The notes: generated by a model not told the origin, from the letters alone. Positions 12,188 through 24,722 are shown, counted from the first letter of the whole stretch. The stretch: DNA of 63,584 nt, filler included, from Perkinsus olseni (GCA_013115125.1; 6 parts of 6 records of this genome joined end to end with filler, not necessarily neighbours in it); one strand, 5' to 3'. A program made the numbers and translations.

Positions 12188-13569
12188 AGGAGATGCCGGA
12201 AAGAATACAAGAAACTGCGGAGTCAAACTCGAAATTCTTGATTGAAATTCAAACTGATATCTCACAATCTATCACATTGACAGAGCCACCAAGTGAAGCA
12301 CTAGCCAGACCACGCTAGACTAGCTTGCATGACTTCATTCACACAGTGTTTCACAAAGCACGTCTCTCGCAAACGATCGACAGATGGTACACAACAAGCT
12401 TATTGAGTATTCATGCCCTCAATGGATTGCACAGATCGAATCGAACCTAAGTCGTGGTCTACGACTCGTAGAGATGCTACCAGCTCTCAGTCACTACTTC
12501 ATCGATGAATTCAGCACGGGATGGTAGATCGAATGCAGGAGGAGGCTACATAAGTGGCACTGGCTACAAAAAGATGGTATGTCACAACAGTACATTAACT
12601 CAATTTCATTTCGTTGTTGCTTTCATTGCAATGATGACTCACGACTACGCGCGCTCCGTTACCCTTGAGTGGTTGCAGAGTTGTGCAACCCACTTTCCGA
12701 GCATCTTCGAGCCGCAACTCGAGTGAATAGTGGAGATGAATTCGACAGTAGTAAGTCTCATGAAACACGACGCAACGGAGTCCCAATCGAGCTTCATTGC
12801 GATCATGGTCGCACCGACATCATACTTATCGAAAATTGAGTTCAGCACGTCAAATAACGAGCATGCAGCCGCCCATCACTTGAGTGGCTGAAGCTATTTA
12901 AGGGCTGAGTAACTGGCCGAAGGGGATGAATCACCTGCATGGGTAGGCAACCCCAAGCATTGACTTTGCTTCGGGTTCAGCATTGACATTGACTTGCTTG
13001 GTTTCTCAAGCATTGACCCCCCTCCGTGCTCTGCACTAGGATGACTCAGCAAAAAATGCTCGTAGTATTTTTCTTCCATACGCCGGTGATGATTCAGAGC
13101 CGTCATGAATAGCACTTTCATCAAGTGGAACCGTTTGACAGCACCATAATTCGCGCTTCCCATGAGGGCGTTCTGGAGTCTCTCACCATCTCATAGCTGA
13201 TGTTGATCTTTGTATTGACCAACAAAGGTTGCCTCAAGACGGTGATTAGAAGCATACACGTAAGAGGAACAAATCAACCTCATTCAGATACGAGCGATAC
13301 ACAGTTCGTCGATGGTGTTGAAATACTGATAAGATTAGCTCGAAAAAAGATCACACACAAATAATAATGAGACTCGTGGCTAACTACGTGGCGATGGTAA
13401 CAAGCAAATCAACTTCATTTCCCCACTACACCACCCTATCATGGAATCCACAACAACGCAATGTCAGTGCGGAACTGCATACATGCGTGGTGAATTCGTT
13501 AAGAGTCTGGAATCATTCAACAAACACCCGTAGAACAAACAATCATACAAGCACCGTAAAGTCCGGGGT

Positions 13570-16500
13570 TCACGGTGTGGCTGCAAGAAAAGGTTGCCGA
13601 AGCAATCCAGAGCAAGTGGCTCGTTCCGAAGGCTCATACTTCAGGCACGCGGAAAGAAACTCAATGAGCTGAGGAGATGCACTTTCGGGAGAGGGAACTG
13701 TTTTCGAGCTGAGGATCTTGTAGATGGCCATAACCGGATTCTCAAGTTTCCCTGGCATAGAGCACTGAGACAGCAAGCAGCTCTCCCTACCCCATGGATG
13801 AGTTCCTGTGGCCATTTCAATGACTACGATACCGAAGCTCCAAATATCTGCTGAAATTGAGTAGCCCTTACTGTCCTGAGCGAATCAAGTAGCAAACATG
13901 GATTTGCAACGATCTACAGATGTAGACGAACTCACCCCGGCGGAGATGACCTCGGGGGCCATCCAAGGGATCGAGCCAGAGAGCTGTGTCATAACAACGC
14001 CTACGAGCGAGAATGTCAATGATGGTAACACACTCGGAGTCCTACTTGAACCGATCTGGCGACTCGAACCGAAATCGCCGAGCTTGACAGTACCGTAGGC
14101 ATCAAGCAGCAAATTGTCACACTTGAGATCACGATGAGAGACCTAAATGATTCTGTTCATTCAGACTTGCTCCGAAAAATCTTACGGATCTCTTGTGAAG
14201 ATACTCCAAGCCAGAGAGGATCTGCACCGAGTAGCTGGCTATCTGAGGCTCTTCAAAGGAGCCGAAATCACTGAGGGCCGATTTTACGCTACCGCCCGAC
14301 ATGTATTCGGTGAAGACCTGCAAATGATGCGAGGTGATGGCGAAGCGATAGAATGGTCCATTACAAGAAGCCGCCCCATGGTGCACCGATGCTGGAGGAG
14401 TCTTTGATGCATAGCTGGGTCCCGCGGCAAAGGATCCCATTCAACGTTTGGAGGTATGAACTCGTGGCCGATATATCTGTCCAAACGGTTGTCTGCAGCG
14501 AGGCTGAGCTGGTCTCATAGACGCCCCACCGGATGATGTTCGGATGCTCCAACTGTTGCAAGATGTCCATCTCATTGGCCAACTGCTTGGCTGCAACTTC
14601 ACTCGCCTTGTCGCCGTCCTCGTACGAGACAACCTTGACGGCTATGAACTCGCCTGCAGAGACCATTCTGGGCTAAGGATGTAGAAAGGGAGGTCACCAG
14701 TTTGTTTGCACTTGGCCTTGAAGACATCACCGAAACTGCCGCTACCAATCAGGTTGCCAAAATCAACATCCGCCGATGCCAACGCTGAACGAGGTTAACG
14801 GGAATACGTTACATCACGGACGAAAAGCTTACTTTCAGGGAGAGGAGTATGAGCCTCAATGAAACATGCTGCCTGAAAGAAATCTACTAGAGCTTTGACG
14901 GTGGCTAGTGGAGAGCCCAACCCTGCTATTCCGCCTAGGCCTGGAGGATGATGATGATCCTGGTTCAATCAGTGAACCCCTAGCATCGATGAGATCACAG
15001 CAAGCAGCACACTACCAAGCCTACCTTCTCGGGCGGGGAAAAGACTCGGACTTCGCAGGGCTCCCGCTGACTGTAGCAGCAGCGCAACCATTCGATTCGC
15101 CATTATTGGCCTCGCTAGCGATCACGGGACTCTTGGACGTGGTAGATACCTCAGCCGTGGGGTCAGCAACTTCATCACCATTCAAATCGTCCGTGACGAT
15201 AAGCCGCATCTGCGATGAGGATAATGCATAACGAGAAGTAGTATGCTGTACATTGCCGTTGGCCACGGAATCGGTTAGTCGTTGTAGAGCACCCGGTACA
15301 CGGCGACGAGGAGGTACGGGCTTGGAGAACAGGCTCGGGTTCCTTGACCCAAGCGATGTTGTGCCACCTAAGAAAACCAAACGAATGCAGCACTTCAAAA
15401 GAGAGGGAATTGAACAATGAGATTTGAGGTTGAACGAAAGACCCTTCATCCTGCCAACCTGTGAAGCTCCTGGTTCGCCCGAGGGGGAAGAGCTGGCCAT
15501 CTTCATCATCTCCGGGGAAATCCGCAGCCGATGAAGACGCCGAGAAACATCGAGAGCGGTTCTGAAAGAGGGACGAGTGAACAGAAGAATGCGTCGGGTG
15601 AGCGGGTCATCGACCATTTTCACCATCAGCTTACATATTCGGTGTAAGACCTATTCCGCGTGCCTCCGACCCAGGACGCTCGTCTTTGGCCATCAGGACC
15701 TGATTGGGTTCCTGTTTCACTCGCTATACCAACCATCACTTACTTATAGGTGGTCTCACGCCTAAATATGCTGAACGACTGAGAGATCCTCGACGGCTAC
15801 AACCTCTACTGCCACTGGTGGAGCATGCACCAGCACTGTTGACGCGTTGGGGTGGACCAGGCATGCTAGAGGCCATCACGTGGCCCACTGCTTCGGCCGC
15901 CTCGAACTGATCGAGGCGAGCAACGTAGTTCGAAAGCACCCACCACCGCACGGATGATTACAAAATCTTGCAGAGTTACACCGCGACCAGGACCTAATCG
16001 TTCACCCTCAGTCACACTCTTCATCATCGAACCCACTATTTGTTGGAAAGAAAAGAAAACCGGAAACTCAACCTGAAACGAGTATCACCCAGCGACACTG
16101 GCGGCTCTCCCACCACTGTGCTGAGGGATTCTGATCCGGTCGGGGATGGTACCTGAGAGCCATCAATTCGGTGGATAGATGGGGTAGTTGCTGAAGCTAT
16201 TACAGTCTTGTTCTTCCCGCACGACGACGCAGACGTGCGATCGTTGTTCAGGTCGTGAAGGAATGGGGGAGGGGATCTACTGAATAGCTGAGCACGAGTA
16301 CGAGGGACCAATAGATTAGCCTACTTAGTCGGGGATGATGATGATGAGGGTGAAGGTGAAGTAGATGACGACGACGTTGTCGAACTCCTTGAAGGATGCG
16401 AACCTCCGACGTCACCCGGATGGGGTATCGCAGGAGGAGATATCTGATAAATATTAAACAGGATGTACGTCTGAGTGGACCCTGTAATGGCTCACTTGTC

Positions 16501-17126
16501 CAAAAAGGAGAGACGGTCGTCGACCATCAATAAGAGTTGGCGATGTCAATCTGGGTCGAGGCCTACCGCGTGTAAGGCTCAACATCTGAAGCGGAAACAG
16601 TGATCAACAACAAGCTCTACAAGAGGCTCCAGCTGTGGATCCTACAGTTTCGCCATTCTTCAGAGGCGATTCAGGCCGACTCGCCGGAACTGGTTTAGAC
16701 CCACCGGACGGATCTGAAGATGGGGAAAATCGATTGAAGCGAGAGATGAATTTCTCACCTGGTAGGTCAAAATTTGTTACCAAATCTTTCCCACTAGGAG
16801 TATCACCAGCATTGGTTGAAGGAGTACCTGGTTCAACTTCTGAACGGATCGCGGACACTAGGCGACGGTCGTTACTCACCAGCACTGCGATCCGCAAAAT
16901 GGGGGGTGCCAGACTTGGCGTCCTCGGTGGATGCATAGGTGGTCTCCTCATAAGGGAAGCTGCCAGGGAGTGATTCAACAACCTTATAGGGCTTATTCAA
17001 GCTTGATGATTCAGCCGTTTCGGACACATTAGTGGGCGAGACAGCAACCATTATCTGACAACAAGGCGATAGTGCTACAAAGGGCAGCGGAGAACTGAGT
17101 GTTTCAGGGGGAAAGAAAGAAGACAA
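13570..17126 (-). CDS. STE11/MAP3K-like Ser/Thr kinase with long low-complexity N-terminus, multi-exon
   Basis: [59 protein letters not shown] and EMATGTHPW lie in 13570-14790; linkage of the upstream exons is less certain. Confidence 0.88.
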
Positions 17127-18009
17127 AGATTGTGTCGGGGATCATGCGCTGGTGCTAGCAGACCCAGCTTACTTTTAATTGATGTACAAGTGTTGATAGA
17201 AATTGTCGAAATCAAACGCCGTGAGTTGGATGTCTTCCGTTGGGGAGTCCGAAAACCTCCTTCAAGCGCAAACTTCAATCACGACTTCAAGCAGAGGGGG
17301 CAGTGGGCCTCGGCCTGGACAGCACCGACTTCGCAGTAGTAGAAACCAATAGAACTTCTGGTAGGCAAGAGCTCAAGCAAGATCAATACGATTGAGGGGA
17401 TCCGCAAGATTCACTTCGTGATGGGATTGTCCACAAGCGGGAACGAGGGCTTCTGCTGCCACGATTAAATCGAAGGCTGAGGACCAACTAAGCATGGAGG
17501 CACTTACAATCTGGTTCCGTGAAACCCTTGGGCCAAGGAATGATACATTTCCTCACCCTGAGGGCCAGTATTCTTTCACGTCCACATGTGGGGCGCGTGA
17601 CGCTAGGAGTAGCTATCGCCATATCGAACAGTGAACGCGAGAACCCCTCTTACGCCAGTTCAATCCGCGGGTCCGGGAACGGCTCAAAAAGCCGCGCGAA
17701 CTACGATTAACTTCTAGGAAAAGACCTAACCGTCTCGTCGGTTCGTCCGAAGAGTTAACTCGCACGCAACACTCCAATCAGAAAGGATGTTCACTGAAGA
17801 ACTTTGAAGTAGAGCCGTAAACGAGATCCTCTCGATGCTACAATGGCTGGCAACTCTGTCTTCATGTCCAGTCGACTGCGGAACAACAGTGCCTGAGGTC
17901 AAGCCACAATGCATTACAGAATGCACGCCACATCTGTCGGTGCGGAAAGGACGGCAAACTCAGAAAAACGGAGTCGGCAAACTCATCTTGCCAGAGGAAT
18001 ACTGTGCTC

Positions 18010-18591
18010 GGAATAATTTGAAACTGTCGGTAAATATCTGAATCGTCAGTCAGACTGCACGAAAATTGAGTAAACCTGGCAAGTTGCGTTGGGGTCGGCT
18101 TGCCCTTGGATGAGAGCTCGGCCTTGGGTAACTGCCTGGCCTTGGTAGGCAGCCTTCGCTTGGATAACAGTTCGGGTTTTTGGTTGCCCTGTCGGGTTTC
18201 GGGTGGGGTTTCGGGCTTCCCTTTCTCCGCTCTCACCCGCAGTCATTTATTTTTTCTTAAGGCTGGCGGTTGAAGTTCGACTTGCAGTTGGGGTTTAACT
18301 CATTGTTAGGGTTCCTCTCGGGGTTCAGTTTTACAGTAAAACTTTTACTTGGGGGAAAATCCAGTTAGCACTCACTTAGTAAGCTCTACTTCAAAAATTG
18401 AAGATCAAGTCACTTCCTGCGTTCCGATAGATAGAAGCCCGACAAAACTCGTCGAGGTCATTTCAAACTTCGAAGCTCAAAGTTTGAAGTTCAAACTGCC
18501 TTGGACGCAGCTGCTCTTCTGTACAACAAGTGCAGTTTTCATGCAATCTTACTGACGATTCAGATATTTACTGATACTTTCAGTCAGAGCC
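18010..18591. mobile_element. non-autonomous Mutator-like DNA transposon (MITE), 582 bp
   Basis: Imperfect ~50-bp TIRs (18019-18068 and 18533-18582, core GTAAATATCTGAATCGTCAGT); GG...CC termini; perfect 10-bp TSD TACTGTGCTC at 18000-18009 and 18592-18601. Confidence 0.85.
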
Positions 18592-20123
18592 TACTGTGCT
18601 CTCTGAAGGACTCCTCATTTAGAAAACCGCTCAACGGAGAGACACCAAAAAACTCTCCGAGGACACACTAGAAAAGCCGGGGACTTTAAGCCGTGTGCTT
18701 TGTTATGGAGCTTTATGAAATACACGCAATCAAACTAGTTTCATCGGTCGCAGTCGGCTAAACATTTCAATTCCGCAGAATATCGGGCGTGCGCGAATCA
18801 AACAGCGCAGAATCGCACTCGGTGCGCGGCTTTCCAAAGGTAGCGGAAAGTCGCGTGCGCCCAGACTAGGCGCAAACCTTGGACTAGTTGAAACGACTAG
18901 ATTTCTGAAACGGTCCGGTTGAACTACTCGCCTGATTAGTATTAGAAGTTAGATCGAAGTTGGTTCACAGTTGGTCCGTTGGTTCAACGTTCGTTGGTTC
19001 CACTAGTCGGTCGGAGAGAACTACTAGTGTTCCTACGGTGGACTACTTATTGTCTGCAATAGACTTAGTACTAGTGACTATTTGAGGTGATTACTAGTCA
19101 TTTGAGCCACTACTCTTAGGACCTAGGCTACTATCGCTCAACGTATGACTTCCGATTGTGATGCTCGGATTGAGTTCCACTAGTGATCGGTTGGCATTCG
19201 AGACTAGTGATTTGGTGGCTTGTTCCGGATTCGGTTCTCTCGCGGATCCATCTCGGCAGCGCTTGCGACACAGCACTACTCCTCTCTCACTACTCTACCG
19301 TCGCTGCCTGCCGACCCGCGCATTCTACCGGGATATGATGCCTACTGCCGACTACTTCTATGCTCCACTACCGAGTTATGACTGGTCTTCTATGGGTCCT
19401 CTCTGTTACCACGAGCCCGAGCTTGATCACCTTATGCCTGTGCTAACTACCAGCTCCAAGAAGGCCACATCAACTACGTCAACTCAACTTCATCCTCGGT
19501 GCATGGACATCCACTACAAGTCGGCCTGACTCCCTGTGTGGTCTACAGTCATGTGCACTAGCTACGCACTACGACTGTAGTCACAGACGACACGGTGGAC
19601 ATGATGGCGGGGAAACCTGCCGTGTAGTCCACTACTCCACTACAACCACGATACGGTGTCCTTCTGAGCGCTCAGGAGGCATCACGGAGTCAGGGGCATT
19701 CATATCCTACTACGCCAATTATGAGCCTACCTTACACCCACTACTAGAGTATGACTGACGGGTCTGCTCTTGTCATTATTACTACTACGACCTTATCGCG
19801 AAGGGTTGTGACAGGTCATCTAGCAGAAGAAGTATTGAGGAAGCCTGAACTACTCGCAGACTGCTAGACTCGCGCCTACTTGTCCTACTACTACGAGTCT
19901 GGTTGCAACACAGGTTTCCAACTGTTCTTGACGACAGTGGGCTACCCTCAGCATTCTTGCTCAGGAGACTGACCACTACGACTTGGGAGGTATAGTGACA
20001 CCTCTATTATCAACAAGACGTGAGCACTATGACACCATCCTGCACTACCTGCCTTCAACGGTGATGTCACACTGCCAGGTGGAGGTGACTAGCCGTTGGT
20101 AGAAGGATATTTATGACCTCTAC

Positions 20124-20819
20124 TACTCGGAGGCGCTTGGTGTTGCGCCTGTTCTTGGTTTTGACTCTGGGTACTATGTCATCTATATCACGTCAAGTTC
20201 TGCTGCACTAGTAGCGTCCCAGACCTTGGTATTGGCTGTGGACGTAGTTCTTGGTTTTGACACTAGTGCGGCTGTGGTTTTACTTCTCTGCACCATCTAA
20301 CTAGTCACGTCCGAGTCCTTGGTGATTGGCAGCGGACGTTCGTCCTTGGTTTTTGGCGACTAGTCTGATGGCTCTTAACGCCTTACTAGTCACGCTCTCG
20401 TCCTTGGTTTTGGCTACGAGCGTTAGTCCTTGGTTTTGGCGACTAGTCTGGTGACTACTGATATCTCTTCAGTTACATTCCCGTCCTTGGTTATTTGGCT
20501 TTGAGCGAGAGTGCTTGGGTTTGGCTACTAACTAGATATCAGGCATCGGTACAACACCATTCTACTACTGATGTACTTCCTCGACTATCGGTGACGTTTC
20601 CGTTCTTGGTATTTGATAGCGAACGTTAGTTCTTGGTTTTGACTACCGGTATGTTGGGCTTCGACTAGGCTATGTGATGGGACGCTACATCGTGGTCGAG
20701 ATATCTGATTTATCTTGATGGTCCTACTACGAATCCACGACACCCCCACTAGCCTTTCGGAGATATACTCTTGGCCTTGGTTTTTGGCCTGGCCCAGTTC
20801 TTGGTAATTGACAGAGGCC
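20124..20819 (+). ncRNA. array of seven double-hairpin RNA motifs with CUUGG(U) loops
   Basis: Each unit has a closing stem and two hairpins; stem sequences differ between units but stay paired while the loop sequence is conserved. Confidence 0.75.
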
Positions 20820-21255
20820 CCCAGTTCACTATACTATTCACAGTCCACTATGTTATACTATATGGTACCATTTATGTTCATATTCACTATCACTTGGCTG
20901 ACTATTTCGAGAAGAGAAGTGACAGCTGAGATGATTTAGCATTAAGTTGATGTAGATAACCACTATTGTTTGAGGTCTGGCACGTGAAGTTTCCACTAGT
21001 GACTAATCAATTAATCACATTCACAACAAGCCAGGTACTAAGGGTACGTAAACACTGGGGAGAGCCCAGGTGGCAGTCAATGCCTACCCTTGGGTCACTA
21101 GTGAGCTATCTGTTGCTGGCCCTCACTAGTGATTCCGAAAACTTTCGGAGACGTCGCCGGTTACTAGCGCCCGAGGCAAAGGGACCTTCGCTACGCCAAT
21201 AGGTGAACTCCCACTACGACGGCCAGGTTATTAATTTTATGTTCAGCACAGCGAA

Positions 21256-21559
21256 AACCTGACTAGAAGTGGTACTAGTCAGTTGTTGCAGCCTCTGCGA
21301 ACTTGTTCGCACACTGCAATACTACCGAGGTTGTGAATCTGGCTCGTAGCCGGCGCTACTAGTCAGTCACTATCAGTGAAGGCCCTTTCCCGATCTGATA
21401 GTGCTGATGAGCTTGCAAATCTGTTTAGTAGCCGGCGCTACTAGACAGTCATGGTTGGATTACCAACTATGCTGTTGAGCTTGCAAATCTAACTTGTGGT
21501 TTCACTACTTGTTAGTCACTACTTGGCCGGACCCATGCCTGTAGTGCTATTTAAAATCT
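21256..21559 (+). ncRNA. array of four structured units, each ending in AATCT, upstream of the gag ATG
   Basis: Short hairpin, then a YAG-T-[stem]-CTR bulged hairpin; TCAG/CTGA versus ACAG/CTGT compensatory change. Confidence 0.65.
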
Positions 21560-21709
21560 GGTGAGTGCGTAAAACCACGATCCAGTCACCTGCGGACTAG
21601 GCCTTGGTCTTATCCCTGGTGCTACTACTTTCTATGGTTTCTCTACCATCTCCTTGTTGCGTAAAGGGATTGCAGAACGACCTTATCAGCGACTTCCTGT
21701 GTCTACACT

Positions 21710-23503
21710 ATGGACTACTCTCGTCACGCTGACCCCCAGAACAATCCCAACCTTCGCCTTGGAGATGGTTTGACCCCACTACAAGGCGGACTACAGGAGC
21801 AGCAAGGTGAACAACGCCCGCCACCTGCTGGTGGCGACCCTACTATTGACGACGTTGTTGTTCACCCCCCACTAGTCCTTCCCACTAATGCTACTAGTGG
21901 AAGGCAACCGCCTACTCTCCGCACTACCGAGGACGACGCCGATGGCAGCCGAACTAGTCGTGGTCTACCTCCTCCACTACGCCAACCTAATCTGTCTGCT
22001 GCCCAACACCACTCAGTTCCTCAGGGACTACACATCGAGAACGTTGGGGGGAATCCTACATCGGTGCCTCCACTAAGGATTAACGCTCCTGCTCCATTAC
22101 ATGGTGTCGTGCCTACTACACGCGGTGATGGTGATATGGCTTTGGCTGACGAGTGGCCGAGGAACATATACCAACGTGGCCAACATCCGGTGCCCACTGA
22201 TCACCGAGCTCAGCTACTACCACCACCTCCACCGCACTATGGACCACCACACTACATACAATCGGATATCAACAACGGCTACCGTGCATCTAATGCCCCT
22301 CAGCCTTCTCCATCATACTATGTGCCTGGACGCCCACTACAGCATCCATCTGACCAAGTTCATCATCAACCCCACGGGCAACAATACTACTATCCTGTGG
22401 AGTATGAACTGAGCAATAACTATCCGAGATCCCCTTCCAGGGAGCCCACTAAGCATCAACCATACCAACGTGGCCAACCTCAACTACTCCAGGATCATGC
22501 CAACTACATGTATCCACAGCCTGGTGTACCCCCACATCACGCTGAAGGCTATCCCCCGGTTGGACCACTACAACCTGCAGTGTCCCCAAGCCCCTTCTAC
22601 GTTCCGCGTAAGAGGGGAATGGCCCACTACGGTTGGTGCGAGGGATGCAGCAACTACGCTTGTTCTGCCCCCGTCTCCATCAAGGACTACGACTCGGCGG
22701 AGCGTGTGGTCGATAGTCTTAAGCCTAGGACTATCTTCAAGGGTTGTGAAGACAACCGCTCCGGTACTAGTTTCATTGAAACTATGTACACGGAAACGGA
22801 AGGTCATCCAGATGTCGTACGATATTTGTGGCTTAAGCGCTACACTACTTCGTACGTGTGGAGTGTCCTGACTGATGGGATACAACCTCCCACTAGGTGC
22901 CACCGTTCTTACGCCCGCCAACTACAACAACTACTTGAACGGCTGAGGTATCACTACGACACTCTCGGCCATGTTCAACGCACTAGTGATGATCTGGCCC
23001 ACTGTGTTCAAGAAGGTGGTACCGTCTACAAGTTCATATAGAGATTGGAGACTATGGCCTCTGAACTATATGCTCTCGGCTCCCCTGTTCCATATCGTGA
23101 TCTCAAACTAAGACTCCACAAGGGTCTGAGATCTATGCTACTACGACAGAGACTAGACGTGGACCTCATGAACGACGACATGTCTTTTGAGCAGTTCAGA
23201 GACCGTGTCTTACTCCATCACAAGCAGCTGACCAACTACTATGGCGTCGATTATGAGACTAAGGATGCGACTAAGTCTTCGGCTCCTTATTATCCCAAGG
23301 GTCAAGGTCGGCCTAATCAGTTTAGACCTAGGGACTCATCGATCGAGTCCCGTGGTAGACGGGTTTCCCACACTGACTACACACCGAGGAGCTCGACTAG
23401 TCCTCAGAGGTCTCGCCCACAACAAGCTCGATCTGTCAACTTTGTCGACGGAGACGAGCTCTATGACGATGACTACTCGATACAACATCTACTAGCCATC
23501 TAG
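21710..23503 (+). CDS. retrotransposon Gag-like protein interrupted by one in-frame TAG at 23039-23041
   Basis: Pro/Gln/His-rich N-terminus, then LAHCVQEGGTVYKFI*RLETMASEL...RLHKGLRSMLLRQRL, resembling the retrotransposon gag capsid pattern; both ORFs share one frame. Confidence 0.7.
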
Positions 23504-24625
23504 CCACACTCGCAGCAAAGCCGCTAGACGTGCGATCTCGAGTTAGACATTCATTGTGTTGCGATGCANNNNNNNNNNNNNNNNNNNNNNNNNNNNNNNN
23601 NNNNNNNNNNNNTTAATTAATTAANNNNNNNNNNNNNNNNNNNNNNNNNNNNNNNNNNNNNNNNNNNNGTCTGTCACTGCGCAAGTGGTGGTCAGACAAG
23701 AGAGCCAGCCTGGGCACTTCTGTCAAGGACTTCTTTTACTGTGCTTCACACGCTCGTCTGTGGATCCGCGGAGAAGTCACGACAGCTAGCAGTGCCGTTG
23801 TATTCGGAAGAGCCCCAACCCCAGCCTATCTCCATAGTGTGGAGTAGTCGACTCGCCAGAGTGTGACTGTGGGGCGCCAGCAGGGAACACTAGGCACTAC
23901 CTCCTCTCCTGTCCGCTCTTAGAGCAGGTTAGGAAGAGGGTTAAGGGTGGTGTCCCCTACCATTTATATAAACTAATTGTTGATTTGAAGCGACGCAAGT
24001 CCTTCAATCAACTCTGTTCGGCCCTCATGCAGTATCTCGATGCTCGCAGGGGCTTATTGTAGTGCCGGGCAGGCACTTTTTTTTCCGCCTCTGTTTCGTA
24101 CGAGGCTCACCATTGAGTATTTGCTATCACAAAGGAAATAAAAAAATAAATAGCAGCAGCTGGAGCAAGCGTCGGAGGACTGGCGACTGGGACGGTGACC
24201 GCGAGGATGGAGGAAGATGCAGATGAAGTCGGTCGAAGCCTTAGAGCAGGAAGACGTGATGGCTAATTCATGTATTGCTTGTTATTAAGGAACGTTTCAA
24301 TCTGGAGGGAGGCAGAGTTGCCCAGCCCCCCGGGTAAGGTGGGCTCTTGCCATCTTGCCTTTCTTCGAGCGGTTCGGTATATTTCCGCTACTATTTTGTT
24401 ATTTCCCAAGGTAGACGGGACTGCGACCGGAGGCTGTCAGGGTCGGGTGGAAGGTGTTGATGAGAACGACTGTAGTTTTCTGTTTCTATTAGACGATCGA
24501 GTCCTTTCCCGCGCGCCACGAAGTTGAATCGATACTAGCCTACTACTGCAGAGCCGCAATGCTCTGCTACTGCGTCTACGGACTGTGGGTAAGCGGCCAC
24601 GGAGAAGGGAGATCTCCTACTACGA

Positions 24626-24626
24626 G

Positions 24627-24680
<54 letters not shown>
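24626..24680. repeat. (TTG)n microsatellite
   Basis: Perfect trinucleotide run. Confidence 0.95.
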
Positions 24681-24685
<5 letters not shown>

Positions 24686-24722
24686 ACCTGTATTTCTTTT
24701 TCCATCAACACCGCGCTTTCTA

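Larger units (their letters stand above)
18780..23568 (+). mobile_element. 5' part of a gag-encoding retroelement with a ~2.9-kb structured ACTAGT-rich leader; truncated by the gap
   Basis: Shift to ACTAG/ACTAC-rich composition that continues through an intronless gag-like ORF. LTR and pol are not visible; the left boundary is approximate. Confidence 0.65.

Noticed and set aside
20124-20819. CRISPR array
   Set aside because: No identical repeats with unique spacers, no cas genes and a eukaryotic context; conservation is structural.
21404-21422. CTGATGAG as a hammerhead ribozyme core
   Set aside because: No GAAA follows a stem II, and the sister unit reads CTGTTGAG with CTGA/CTGT used in a covarying stem.
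21559-21575. TGGTGAGTGCG as a primer-binding site
   Set aside because: Not preceded by a CA LTR end, and no matching tRNA in the window; cannot be supported without the tRNA set.
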